Of a DNA stretch of 64,000 nt, positions 9,636-19,070 are shown piece after piece (positions within the stretch are counted from its first letter, which is position 1; each line of letters starts with the position of its first letter). The stretch comes from Dehalococcoidia bacterium (GTDB lineage: Bacteria > Chloroflexota > Dehalococcoidia > Lucifugimonadales > Australimonadaceae), in the NCBI GenBank assembly GCA_965249325.1, contig CBDFLP010000017.1:1001-65000 (forward strand), written 5' to 3'. The translations under genes were made by a program, and so were the position numbers. Below the pieces are notes generated by a model. It did not search any database. It was not told the origin of the DNA and was given only the letters and a program-made list of their open reading frames with translations.

Positions 9636-10997
9636 ATGAGCGGACGTGGACGGCTCCTGACGGTCGCGGGCCCGCTCGCCGCCCTACTGGCGGCTGGCGC
9701 GCTGGCTTTCGCCGCATCGCAGCCGCTGATCGGCGCGCTCGTGCTCATTGGGGCGTCAGCCGTGATGATGGGGGCCATTGCCGCACACCGCGCCGGCGGG
9801 GTGGCGCGGGCTGAGGCTGCGGCCGTCGGCGAGGCGATGGCGAGCGTCGCCGACGGCGACTTCAACGCCCGGCCCGGTCTTCTATCGTCCGAGCCGCTCA
9901 GCGCGCTCCAAGCCCCGTTCGACGCCATGGCCGGGTCCATCGCAGCCCTCTTCAGCCAGCTATCGGACCAGCGAAGTCAGCTCGAGGCCGTGCTCGACAC
10001 GATGGCCGACGGCGTGGTCGTGGTCGATGGCGAAGACAGACTCTCGTTAGCGAACCCGTCCGCTCTGGACCTCCTTGGGATCGGGAGCGCATTGGGTGAG
10101 CGGCTCAGCACGGCTTTCCGCGACCACGAGTTGCAGGCCCTGGTGACGGTCTGCCGCCAGCAGCACGCGCAGCAGCGCGCAGAGGTGCACCTCCCCAGCG
10201 TGCGGCGGACCGTCAGCGCGACGGCGACGCCGTTGATAACGTCTCCCGCAGCCCCCGAGGCATCGGTCTTGCTCACCCTCCACGACCTCACGACCCTTCG
10301 TCAGCTGGAGACGACCCGCCGCGAGTTCGTCGCCAACGTCTCCCATGAGCTGCGCAGCCCACTGGCCTCTGTGAAAGCGATAGTGGAGACGCTCGAAGGA
10401 GGCGCTGTCAGTGACGTCGCCGTCGCTGCCGACTTCCTCCAACGCGCGCATCGCGAGGTCGACCGCATGAGCGCGATAGTGGAGGACCTATTGGAGCTCT
10501 CGCGCATCGAGAGTGGCCAGTCCGAGCTGCGGAGAGAAACCGTTTCACTAGCTGCAGTAGCCCTCGGGGTGCGCTCAACGTTGGAATCGCTCTCCAGCTC
10601 CTCCGGAATCCAAGTCGAGGTCTCCGCTGATGCGGACCGGCCAGTCCTTGGCGACGAGGGAAAGCTGCGGCAAGTCGTCTCGAACCTCGTCGACAACGCG
10701 CTGAAGTTCACGCCGCAGGGAGGCCGCATCGAAATCTCCATCCGCGAGAACGAGACGGGCGACGCAGTCCGGGTAGAAGTCCGCGACAACGGCGACGGCA
10801 TCTCGCCGGAACACCTCCCTCACCTCTTCGAGCGCTTCTACAAAGCGGACCGCTCCCGACACGGCAAGGGCACAGGCCTCGGGCTGGCCATCGTCAAGCA
10901 CATCGTCGAGTCTCACGGAGGCGAGATTGGGATCGAAAGCGAGCTGGGAGCCGGGAGCACGGTCTGGTTCACGCTCCCCGTCGGACACGCCTCCTAA
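9636..10997 (+). CDS. PhoR-like sensor histidine kinase (TM-HAMP-PAS-HisKA-HATPase)
   Basis: H-box 'FVANVSHELRSPL', N-box 'VDNALKFT' and G-boxes 'DNGDGI' and 'GTGLGLAIVKH'. Adjacent to the response regulator and the pst operon. Confidence 0.9.
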   Translation: MSGRGRLLTVAGPLAALLAAGALAFAASQPLIGALVLIGASAVMMGAIAAHRAGGVARAEAAAVGEAMASVADGDFNARPGLLSSEPLSALQAPFDAMAGSIAALFSQLSDQRSQLEAVLDTMADGVVVVDGEDRLSLANPSALDLLGIGSALGERLSTAFRDHELQALVTVCRQQHAQQRAEVHLPSVRRTVSATATPLITSPAAPEASVLLTLHDLTTLRQLETTRREFVANVSHELRSPLASVKAIVETLEGGAVSDVAVAADFLQRAHREVDRMSAIVEDLLELSRIESGQSELRRETVSLAAVALGVRSTLESLSSSSGIQVEVSADADRPVLGDEGKLRQVVSNLVDNALKFTPQGGRIEISIRENETGDAVRVEVRDNGDGISPEHLPHLFERFYKADRSRHGKGTGLGLAIVKHIVESHGGEIGIESELGAGSTVWFTLPVGHAS

Positions 10998-11363
10998 CCT
11001 CTCGTTAACGCCCGCCTAACCCCAAGCCCCCACGCGCATCGGAGACTGCCTCTTGAGAACGAACTCAAGGAGGTCCCTTTGAAGGCGCCTGATATCAGGA
11101 ACTGTCGGGCCGATGCGCCCCCCTTTGCTGAGTCGAGTAGGAACGATGCTGGCGAAGCGTCTGTTCGGACTCAGCGAGCCCCGGGTATGCGAGGCCTGGG
11201 CTCACAAGCCTGCTTACTCGACGAGGAGGTCTCCCTGTTGAGCTATGGCCTGCTGTTCGCCGAGAGTGCTTGGCTTTGCTCGACCTGCGGATGGATTGGG
11301 GTCGACCAGCGCGTTGTCGGATGGCCCTCGGACTCGTGAACGTATTTTCTCAGGAACACAAGG

Positions 11364-11381
11364 GTTAACCGTCCATTAATA
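11364..11381 (+). promoter_or_regulatory. Candidate Pho-box-like direct repeat GTTAAC-N5-ATTAAT (TTAAC/TTAAT starts 11 bp apart)
   Basis: Lies 45-80 nt upstream of pstS. A further GTTAAC sits at 11398-11403 and a GTAAC at 11413-11417. Confidence 0.3.
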
Positions 11382-11424
11382 AAGGCTCCGGTCGGGCGTT
11401 AACGTCGCGTCCGTAACGTTCGGA

Positions 11425-12399
11425 GTGAGCCAACGAACGGGAGGAATGATAATCGCTAGCAGGTGTCTCCGATTGAACGGCTTGGCCCTCTTTGCAGCGG
11501 CCCTCGTCGCAGTCTTTGCGGCGTGCAACTCTGACCCCAGCAGCCAGCCAGGCCCTAGCGGAGAACTCAGCGGGACGATCCAGATCGACGGCTCTTCCAC
11601 TGTCTTCCCCGTCACCCAAGCCGTCGCCGAGGAGTTCCGAAAGGGTCAGCCCAACGTCCAGGTCAACGTCGCCGTCTCCGGCACCGGCGGAGGCTTCAAA
11701 CGCTTCACTGTCGGCGAAACCGACATCTCCAACGCTTCCAGGCCCATCAAGGAGTCCGAGGCCGAAGCCGCCGCATCCAACGGCATCGAGTTCATCGAGA
11801 TGCGCGTCGGTGCCGACGGACTCTCCATCATGGTCCACCCCGACAACAACTTCGTGGAATGTCTCACCGTCGCCGAACTCAACGAAATCTGGAAGCCCGG
11901 CTCCTCCATCAACAATTGGCAAGACGTCCGCGCAGGCTTCCCCGACCAGCGGCTACGCCTCTACGGACCCGACACCGACTCCGGCACATTCGACTACTTC
12001 ACCGAAGAGGTCAACGGCGAGGCTCAGGTCTCCCGCGCCGACTACACCGCTTCCGCCGACGATAACGTCCTCGTCCGGGGCATCGCCGGCGACCGCGGCT
12101 CTCTCGGCTACTTCGGCTACGCCTACTACCAAGAGAACAAGGACAGCCTCAAGGTCATCAGCGTCGACAACGGCGACGGATGCGTCGTTCCCGAACCCTC
12201 CGCCATCGAGGACGGCTCCTACTCCCCCCTCTCGCGCCCTCTCTTCATCTACGTCAACGTCGAGAGCCTCGAGAAGCCCGAGGTCAAGGCCTTCGTCGAG
12301 TACTACATGGATAACGGCTACCAGCTCACCGGCGAAGAGGGCTATGTCCCCGTCGACCCCAGCGTCTACGCCGCCAACAAGGCCGCCGCTGGTCTCTAA
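11425..12399 (+). CDS. pstS: Phosphate ABC transporter substrate-binding lipoprotein PstS
   Basis: Lipobox 'AVFAAC'. Contains 'GSSTVFP', 'VSGTGGGF' and 'TDISNASR'. Start is ambiguous (GTG 11425 or ATG 11446). Confidence 0.9.
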   Translation: MSQRTGGMIIASRCLRLNGLALFAAALVAVFAACNSDPSSQPGPSGELSGTIQIDGSSTVFPVTQAVAEEFRKGQPNVQVNVAVSGTGGGFKRFTVGETDISNASRPIKESEAEAAASNGIEFIEMRVGADGLSIMVHPDNNFVECLTVAELNEIWKPGSSINNWQDVRAGFPDQRLRLYGPDTDSGTFDYFTEEVNGEAQVSRADYTASADDNVLVRGIAGDRGSLGYFGYAYYQENKDSLKVISVDNGDGCVVPEPSAIEDGSYSPLSRPLFIYVNVESLEKPEVKAFVEYYMDNGYQLTGEEGYVPVDPSVYAANKAAAGL

Positions 12400-12414
12400 G
12401 AGAAACGTTTCCTG

Positions 12415-12467
12415 GGGGGCTGTGGTCTTCCTCCCACCGGGCAAAACCCGGTTTGGCCACAGCCCCC
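12415..12467 (+). other. Intercistronic stem-loop after pstS
   Basis: gggggctgtggtc ... ggccacagccccc, with a nested ccggg/cccgg hairpin. Confidence 0.5.
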
Positions 12468-12515
12468 TGTCACTCCCTTGCAACACTGCAGAGCAGAGGG
12501 CTAGGAGGAGGAGGA

Positions 12516-12544
12516 GCCGACGGGCGGCGCAAGAGGCCGTCGGC
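12516..12544 (+). other. Second intercistronic stem-loop (gccgacgg-N13-ccgtcggc)
   Basis: 8-bp perfect stem read directly from the sequence. Confidence 0.45.
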
Positions 12545-12585
12545 CCCAAATATAGCGAAGACCGCACTAGACGAGCCGGGGATGA

Positions 12586-13572
12586 GTGATGGACACTACC
12601 GCACGAGATGGCTTCGCAGCACCAATCGGACAGCGCCGCAAAGCCGTGCAGCTGAACCGCAACCGCAAGCGCGGGGCGCTGCAGGGCCGCATCGTTCATT
12701 GGCTCTTCTTCGCCTGCGCCGTCATGTCCGTCATCACAACCGGCGGGATCGTGGCGAGCCTGCTGAGTCAATCGCTCGGATTCCTCGGCGAGATCGCCCT
12801 CTGGGACTTCCTGTTCGGCACAACCTGGTCGCCCATCCTGAAAGACGCAGAGGGCAACCGGCACTATGGGGTCCTCCCGCTGGTGAGCGGCACACTCCTC
12901 GTCGCGTCCATTGCGGCGGCAGTGGCGGTTCCCGCGGGGTTGGCCACCGCGATCTACCTCTCGGAGTACGCGCCGGACAAAGTGCGGCGCACCATCAAGC
13001 CGATCTTGGAAGTGCTCGCAGGCATACCCACCGTCGTCTATGGCTACTTCGCCCTCACGTTCGTCACACCGCTCCTGCAGAGCATACCCATACGCATCTT
13101 CCAGGAGGACCTGCTGGTCTTCAACGCGCTAAGCGCCGGGTTGGTGATGGGTCTGATGATTATCCCGATGGTCTCCTCGCTGAGCGAGGACGCCATGGTG
13201 GCGGTGCCGAGATCGCTCCGGAACGCCGCGTACGCCTTGGGCGGGACCCGGTTGGAAGTGTCGCTCCGCGTGGTCGTGCCCGCCGCTCTCTCCGGCATCA
13301 TCGCTTCGTTCATCCTCGCGTTCTCGCGGGCCATCGGCGAGACAATGCTCGTGACGCTTGCCGCCGGCGCTACCCCTCGGCTCACTTTCAACCCGATCGA
13401 GAGTGTCCAGGCGATGACGGCGTTCATCGTGCAGCTGGCGCTCGGAGAAACCCCCCATGGCTCGCTGGAGTACAACACAATCTTCGCGGTCGGCCTGCTC
13501 CTATTCGCCTTCACCCTCGGCATGAACGTGCTCGGCCACTTCCTGGTCCGCCGCTTCCGTGAGGAGTATTGA
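12586..13572 (+). CDS. pstC: Phosphate ABC transporter permease PstC
   Basis: Polytopic permease between pstS and pstA. GTG at 12586 or ATG at 12589. Confidence 0.9.
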   Translation: MMDTTARDGFAAPIGQRRKAVQLNRNRKRGALQGRIVHWLFFACAVMSVITTGGIVASLLSQSLGFLGEIALWDFLFGTTWSPILKDAEGNRHYGVLPLVSGTLLVASIAAAVAVPAGLATAIYLSEYAPDKVRRTIKPILEVLAGIPTVVYGYFALTFVTPLLQSIPIRIFQEDLLVFNALSAGLVMGLMIIPMVSSLSEDAMVAVPRSLRNAAYALGGTRLEVSLRVVVPAALSGIIASFILAFSRAIGETMLVTLAAGATPRLTFNPIESVQAMTAFIVQLALGETPHGSLEYNTIFAVGLLLFAFTLGMNVLGHFLVRRFREEY

Positions 13573-13573
13573 T

Positions 13574-14461
13574 ATGGCCAAGACTGAAATCACTTCCCAG
13601 CTGAACCCTCGCCTCGCGGTGCGCAAGCGGATTGGCGCGTTCGCCTACGTCATTTTCATCGCCGCCATCTTCCTTGGGCTGGCCGGACTGGCCGCCCTGC
13701 TGATGCGGGTGCTGTGGGAGGGCGTCCCTTGGCTCAGCATCCACTTCATCACGGACTACCCTTCCCGTTTCCCGGAGCAGGCCGGCATGAAATCAGCAAT
13801 CTTCGGAACGATATGGATCATGGGACTGACCGCCCTCTTCACTATCCCGGTAGGCGTCGGCGCGGCCATCTATCTGGAGGAGTACGCGCCCAAGAACTGG
13901 TTCACTCGCATCATCGAAGTCAACATTTCGAATCTGGCAGGGGTGCCGTCCATCGTCTACGGACTGCTCGGCCTCGCAGTCTTCGTACAGATCCTCTCGT
14001 TGGGGCGAACGGTGGTTGCGGGCGCGCTCACGATGTCGCTGCTCGTGATGCCGATCGTCATCATCGCCTCTCGCGAGGCGATACGCGCCGTTCCCTCGAC
14101 CTACCGGGAGGCGTCGTACGGCCTCGGCGCAACGAAGTTCCAGACTGTGAAGGACGTCGTCCTGCCCCAAGCGACTCCCGGCATAATGACCGGCACCATC
14201 CTCGCCATGTCGCGCGCTATTGGAGAGGCCGCCCCAATGGTCGCCATCAGCGCGCTCGTCTTCCTCACGTTCATCCCGACCAACCCGCTCGACGAGTTCT
14301 CCGTGATGCCCATCCAGATATACAACTGGGTCAGCCAGCCCCAGGCGGGCTTCGGGGGCATAGCCGCCGCAGGCATCATTGTCCTCCTAGGAGTTCTGCT
14401 CTCCATGAACGCCGTGGCAATCTACATTCGCAACCGCACACAGAAGAGGTCTGAGGAATGA
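13574..14461 (+). CDS. pstA: Phosphate ABC transporter permease PstA
   Basis: The ATG at 13574 lies 1 nt after the pstC stop ([10 protein letters not shown]...). Polytopic protein. Overlaps the pstB start by 4 nt. Confidence 0.9.
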   Translation: MAKTEITSQLNPRLAVRKRIGAFAYVIFIAAIFLGLAGLAALLMRVLWEGVPWLSIHFITDYPSRFPEQAGMKSAIFGTIWIMGLTALFTIPVGVGAAIYLEEYAPKNWFTRIIEVNISNLAGVPSIVYGLLGLAVFVQILSLGRTVVAGALTMSLLVMPIVIIASREAIRAVPSTYREASYGLGATKFQTVKDVVLPQATPGIMTGTILAMSRAIGEAAPMVAISALVFLTFIPTNPLDEFSVMPIQIYNWVSQPQAGFGGIAAAGIIVLLGVLLSMNAVAIYIRNRTQKRSEE

Positions 14462-15249
14462 CAACCACAACGGCAGCAACCGCCGCGGACACCACGCTGA
14501 GCGTCACGAACCTTGATATGTACTATGGCTCGTTCCGGGCGCTGCGAGACATCAACCTGGAAGTCCAGCGGAACACGGTGACCGCCCTCATCGGCCCATC
14601 GGGGTCCGGCAAGAGCACCCTGCTGCGCTGCTTCAACCGCATGAACGACCTCGTGCCCGGCGCTCGCGTGGAAGGCCAGGTGCTCTTCAACGGAGAGGAC
14701 ATCTATCACCCTAGCATCGACCCCACGGAGATTCGGCTCCGCGTCGGCATGGTGTTCCAGAAGCCCAACCCCTTCCCGAAGTCCATCTACGACAACGTCG
14801 CCTTTGGACTCCGCATCAACGGTTTCAAGGGCAACATGGATGAGGCCGTGGAGATGTCGCTCCGCAAAGCCGCCCTCTGGGACGAGGTGAAGGACCGCCT
14901 CAAAGCAAGCGGCTTGACGCTCTCAGGCGGCCAGCAGCAGCGCCTGTGCATCGCTCGCGCCGTCGCTGTTCAGCCCGATGTCATTCTCATGGACGAGCCC
15001 GCCTCGGCCCTCGACCCCATTTCAACCCTGGCGATCGAGGACCTCATGCGCGAATTGAAGCGCGACTATACAATCATCGTCGTAACGCACAATATGCAGC
15101 AGGCGGCGCGAGCGTCCGACTGGACCGCGTTCATGACGATGGGCGAGGACCGGGCGGGATACCTCGTCGAAGTCGGCGCCACCCACGACATCTTCACCAA
15201 CCCCAGGGACGAGCGGACCGAGGGCTACATCACGGGAAGGTTTGGCTAG
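14458..15249 (+). CDS. pstB: Phosphate ABC transporter ATP-binding protein PstB
   Basis: Walker [10 protein letters not shown], signature LSGGQQQRL and Walker [13 protein letters not shown]. Confidence 0.95.
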   Translation: MTTTTAATAADTTLSVTNLDMYYGSFRALRDINLEVQRNTVTALIGPSGSGKSTLLRCFNRMNDLVPGARVEGQVLFNGEDIYHPSIDPTEIRLRVGMVFQKPNPFPKSIYDNVAFGLRINGFKGNMDEAVEMSLRKAALWDEVKDRLKASGLTLSGGQQQRLCIARAVAVQPDVILMDEPASALDPISTLAIEDLMRELKRDYTIIVVTHNMQQAARASDWTAFMTMGEDRAGYLVEVGATHDIFTNPRDERTEGYITGRFG

Positions 15250-15263
15250 AGGGAGTCCCCACC

Positions 15264-15944
15264 ATGTTTCACGCGCGATCATCCCGGTCAGAGTTCGACC
15301 ACTCTCTCCAACAGCTCCAAGACAGCCTCCTTGGTCTTGGAAGCATGGTTGAGAAGGCGATTGCCAAGGCAGTCGATGCGCTCAAGAACCGCGACTTGGA
15401 CCTGTCGCGGCAGGTCATCCGCGAGGACGACGCCATCGACCTGAAGCGGGCCGAGCTGGAGGAGCGAGTCGTCGACTTGATCGCCAGCCAGCAGCCCGTC
15501 GCCTTCGACCTGCGCACGCTCATCACCACGCTGCACATCTCGATGGAGCTGGAGCGCATCGGCGACTACGCCGAGGGCATCGGCAAGATCAGCTTGATGA
15601 TGGGCGATCAGCCCCCGGTCAAGCCCCTCGTGGACATCCCCCGCATGGCGGAGAAGTCCGCGGCAATGCTCCGCATGGCCCTTGACGCCCTGGTCAGACG
15701 CGACACGGACCTGGCCTACCAAGTCCTCTCCGACGACGACGAGGTCGACGCGCTCTATGACCAGGTCTACCACGAGCTGCTGTTGCTCATGCTCAAGGAC
15801 CCCAAGGTGATCGAGCGGGCGACGTACCTCCTGTGGACGGCCCACGACTTGGAGCGTATCGCCGACCGGGCGACGAACATCGGCGAGCAGGTCGTCTACC
15901 TGGTTACCGGAAAGATGGTCCCCAGCCTGACCTCGAAGTACTAG
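15264..15944 (+). CDS. phoU: Phosphate signalling complex protein PhoU
   Basis: ATG at 15264 inside ORF 14946..15944. Duplicated 'ERIGDYA' and 'ERIADRA' PhoU motifs. Confidence 0.92.
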   Translation: MFHARSSRSEFDHSLQQLQDSLLGLGSMVEKAIAKAVDALKNRDLDLSRQVIREDDAIDLKRAELEERVVDLIASQQPVAFDLRTLITTLHISMELERIGDYAEGIGKISLMMGDQPPVKPLVDIPRMAEKSAAMLRMALDALVRRDTDLAYQVLSDDDEVDALYDQVYHELLLLMLKDPKVIERATYLLWTAHDLERIADRATNIGEQVVYLVTGKMVPSLTSKY

Positions 15945-15950
15945 CCCTGG

Positions 15951-17456
15951 TCAGTCCGACACGATGGGCTGCGCGACGATCCACAGGCTCAGCATCGTGT
16001 AGCCCGTCATCAGCGCCATCATCGGGAGCTGTGACCGCAGCGCGAGCGTACGGCTCGCGAACGTCCGTCCGGCAATGACGTGGGCCGCGTACACCGCGGC
16101 GATGTGCCCGATGACGATGGCCGCCACGCCCACGGTCCACGCAAAGCGCGCGTTCACGATTCCGATGTCGATGGCGTAGCCGGCTGTGCCGAACAGGTCC
16201 CACCCCTCGCCCAACGGGTCCGACGCAAGGGGGACGATGCGCTGGCCCTGGATGAGCAGGAAGCTCAGGAAGTGGGCCACGTGGTACGCCAGCGCAATGG
16301 GCGCGAGCGAGACGGCGAACCGGCCTATGAGGTCGCCAACGGACTCCTCGGACTGGCCAAGCCGCCGCATCAGCAGCGCCGTCAGAGCGAACGCGCCAAA
16401 CAACAGCGCCGGCGTCAGCACCAGGCCGAAGGTCCTAATGCCGGTGAACGCGTGCACCCCCAGCCACGAGAAGGCCCTGAAAGAGTCCGCAAGGAACGAC
16501 GCCCACAGCGGCGTCTCTGAAAAGCCGTCGAACGAGACCGTCGACAGCATCAGCGCCAGGAACGCCGCGCCCGAGAACGTCAGCCGCACGCCCGTCAGCA
16601 AGCCGCTTCCCCACGGGCGCAGGTTCCACTCCCGCTGCGCGGGCGGCGCCTTGGAGTAAGCCTCGTAGTCGTCCACGACCTGCCCCTGCCCGACGAGCGC
16701 TGGCGCCCGCACCTCCGTGGGAGCGAGCCGCGCAAAGAAGGCCATCGCCATGGAAAGCGCCTCTCCGTGCTTCAGCCATGTGTCCCTGCCGTAGACGTAC
16801 ATCCCGGCGAAGGTGACGCCCGTGTAGGCCAGTGCGAGCGCTGCGACCCGCGACGGTCTGCCGGAGTCGGGCCACGCGACCTCCGCCCACGCGAAGACGA
16901 GGAACAATGCGAACGCGGGCCAGGATCCCAGCTCCGGCGGATACTCGACGCCCCGGCTCAGGCGTCCGCCGGTGGACCGTCGCCAAAGGGCTTCCGCCCA
17001 TCCGAAGAGTATCTTCCAGGGGTTGATCAGCGCCCACAGGTTCCCAACGAGTCCGCTGAGGTAAGCCAGTCCCACCCAGAAGACAACCCAAGTCATGGTC
17101 GGCACGAGGTTGCGGTTCGGGTCCGAGTTCCCTGCGAATCCGGCAATCAAGTACGTAACGAATACGGCGACAGACGCCAGTTTGACGGCAAAGAGGAAGC
17201 GCCCATCCGCCAGCAAGCGGGCCGCCCGCCAGCGCAGCAGGTTGGCCCGTGGATAGTCCCCGCCTGTCCCGCCCCGCGCGAATAGGACGATGACCACGAA
17301 CGACAGGGCGACCGCCGTCCCCGCCCCGATGACGTAGAGCGACAGCGGGACAGGGAGGTCATAGCGTTCGCCGAAACCGTGGGCGTACGCAGTGCACGGG
17401 GCCGCCGCCAGCAGCAGCGGCGGCCCGACAATCGCGATTGCCTTCCGCAAGCTCAC
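15951..17456 (-). CDS. Uncharacterised polytopic membrane protein (501 aa); predicted mature N-terminus begins His-Gly
   Basis: Leader ...LLLAAAPCTAYA followed by HGFGERYDLPVP, then about 12 hydrophobic segments. Last gene of a 4-gene same-strand cluster. Confidence 0.7.
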   Translation of the reverse strand: MSLRKAIAIVGPPLLLAAAPCTAYAHGFGERYDLPVPLSLYVIGAGTAVALSFVVIVLFARGGTGGDYPRANLLRWRAARLLADGRFLFAVKLASVAVFVTYLIAGFAGNSDPNRNLVPTMTWVVFWVGLAYLSGLVGNLWALINPWKILFGWAEALWRRSTGGRLSRGVEYPPELGSWPAFALFLVFAWAEVAWPDSGRPSRVAALALAYTGVTFAGMYVYGRDTWLKHGEALSMAMAFFARLAPTEVRAPALVGQGQVVDDYEAYSKAPPAQREWNLRPWGSGLLTGVRLTFSGAAFLALMLSTVSFDGFSETPLWASFLADSFRAFSWLGVHAFTGIRTFGLVLTPALLFGAFALTALLMRRLGQSEESVGDLIGRFAVSLAPIALAYHVAHFLSFLLIQGQRIVPLASDPLGEGWDLFGTAGYAIDIGIVNARFAWTVGVAAIVIGHIAAVYAAHVIAGRTFASRTLALRSQLPMMALMTGYTMLSLWIVAQPIVSD

Positions 17457-17465
17457 GGCCCGCCC

Positions 17466-17873
17466 CTACCGGGGGCGGACCTCCAGCGTTGCGATAGTGA
17501 TATCGCCGCCGCCGTCCGAGTGGTCTCCGCCGCTTGCCTGATGGCCGCTGCCGTCGCCGACTTCCGACGGGTGCAGGGCGATCACGAAGCTGCCGGTGGC
17601 GTCGGCCTCGAAGCTGATCGTCCCGCTGCCGTTGGCGTCGACCCTGGCCCGTAGATCGTATCCGTGGAGGTGGAACACGCCCGCTATGTCGGCGGACACG
17701 TTCAGCGTGACATCGTCGCCCTGCTTCGCTACGAACGTGCCGCTCTCGCCGCTCAACTCTCCGCCCACGACCGACAAATCGAAGGTCAGAGACTCCTGGT
17801 TTCCGCCATTGCATGCCGCGAGCCCCAGCGCAATCACGAGGACCGCGCAAAGGGCTGTTAGTTGTTTGTTCAT
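17466..17873 (-). CDS. Small lipoprotein with FHLHGYD motif and His/Asp/Gly-rich tail
   Basis: ATG at 17873 with a GGAG upstream. Lipobox 'GLAAC'. Contains 'GVFHLHGYD' and 'GSGHQASGGDHSDGGGD'. Confidence 0.65.
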   Translation of the reverse strand: MNKQLTALCAVLVIALGLAACNGGNQESLTFDLSVVGGELSGESGTFVAKQGDDVTLNVSADIAGVFHLHGYDLRARVDANGSGTISFEADATGSFVIALHPSEVGDGSGHQASGGDHSDGGGDITIATLEVRPR

Positions 17874-17887
17874 CGGATGCTCCGCTT

Positions 17888-18445
17888 TCATGTCTTTCGC
17901 CGCTTGGCGCGGCCCTTGCGCCGGACGGCCTCCCACGCCAGCCAGACGATGGGCAGTACCAGTCCCAGCCCGGCGATCAGCGCCGTCCAGGGAAAGCCCC
18001 TTCCCGGAATGACTGTCACCGGCAGCGTGAGCGTCTCGGGGCCGCGCTCGGAATCGATGTTGATCACGATCTCCCATTGCCCCTCGGTGCCGGGGTCGAA
18101 GGTGGCCGAGTAATCGTTGGCCGTGACGAGAAAGGCGCGGGTTGCGGTCTTGGGGCCGAGCCGTACGCCGTCCCTCGCAGCCGACACCACGACGCGCGGG
18201 CTGTAGCCAAGCTCGGCGTCTGGAGCGTCCGGCTCGAACGTCACCGCGACTTCGAGGAAGCCGACCAGCGGCACGGCGGTGACCCACAGCTCATAGGGCC
18301 CCTTTGCGCCCCGGAAGAGCTCGACCTCGAGCTCGTGTTGTCCGTGGGCGTGCGCCGGAGCAGCGCCCGCTACGAGTATGAGCGCCGTCAGCAACGCGGC
18401 TCGAACTAGGGTTGACCGCCGGGCTTGCCGCCCGCTCTTCTTCAC
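17888..18445 (-). CDS. Secreted, C-terminally membrane-anchored protein; predicted mature N-terminus HGQHE
   Basis: Leader ...AGAAPAHA followed by HGQHELEV. Beta-rich body, then C-terminal TM 'WTALIAGLGLVLPIVWLAW' plus a basic tail. Confidence 0.65.
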   Translation of the reverse strand: MKKSGRQARRSTLVRAALLTALILVAGAAPAHAHGQHELEVELFRGAKGPYELWVTAVPLVGFLEVAVTFEPDAPDAELGYSPRVVVSAARDGVRLGPKTATRAFLVTANDYSATFDPGTEGQWEIVINIDSERGPETLTLPVTVIPGRGFPWTALIAGLGLVLPIVWLAWEAVRRKGRAKRRKT

Positions 18446-18463
18446 ACCGTCACCTCGGAGATG

Positions 18464-18508
18464 CCTTTCCTCCCCCCATTGGCGGGGGAGGACTGAGGAG
18501 GGGTTTAG
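18464..18508. repeat. REP-like hairpin (cctccccc-N7-gggggagg + actgaggagggg)
   Basis: Same architecture as the CCGTCTGCGGG family. Sits in the 59-nt gap between two genes of the cluster. Confidence 0.5.
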
Positions 18509-18903
18509 CCGAGAAGAAGCGCGGTTCTGGGCGGTGGAGTGTCGTCGACGGGCAAGAAGCCCACCAGCCGCGTCGGACGATAGCCGGCGACTCGCATCAG
18601 CACCGGCGCGGACGCCAGCAGCAAGAGCGCGGCGAAAGCCGCGGGCGCGGCCATACCGGGCGCGAACGAGCTGTCGTTGGCCGGCGGGACCGCGAACACG
18701 TCGCCGCCTCCCTCACCGTCCACCTCGTAGGAGTGCAGGTGGAAGGGGCCATGCCCGCTCAGTTGGACGTGGGCATGGTTGGGGAGAAGCTCTATGAACA
18801 CTGGGGAGAGCAGCGGCCCGTAGATGGGCAGCAGCAGCGCGTAGACGAGGACCACCGCCGCAATGAGGCGGCCGCGGAGCGTATGTCTGATTATCGGGGC
18901 CAT
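18505..18903 (-). CDS. Small membrane protein with HAHVQLSGHGPFHLHSYE motif
   Basis: ATG at 18903 (MAPIIRHTL...). N- and C-terminal TM segments. The 'FHLHSYE' motif echoes the lipoprotein's 'FHLHGYD'. Confidence 0.55.
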   Translation of the reverse strand: MAPIIRHTLRGRLIAAVVLVYALLLPIYGPLLSPVFIELLPNHAHVQLSGHGPFHLHSYEVDGEGGGDVFAVPPANDSSFAPGMAAPAAFAALLLLASAPVLMRVAGYRPTRLVGFLPVDDTPPPRTALLLG

Positions 18904-19032
18904 GAGTAGAGCTACGGCTGCGGGTGGTCTCAAGTTCTCATTACCGGCGATGGGCGTTCGGATGTCAAGCGTCCGGGCCTGTCGTCTATACTCCGGAGGC
19001 TCCCACGAATCGGGGCTGATTCTGCGAATCGC

Positions 19033-19056
19033 TTCGTGGTGAGCCTGTCGAACCAC
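19033..19056. repeat. REP family C core TTCGTGGTGAGCCTGTCGAACCAC
   Basis: A second copy with one mismatch lies at 47233-47256. Confidence 0.55.
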
Positions 19057-19070
19057 CCCAGAGGTCTGCG

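Noticed and set aside
11079-11339. 86-aa ORF in the phoR-pstS spacer.
   Set aside because: No RBS and no recognisable domain. The region is more plausibly pstS promoter or leader DNA.
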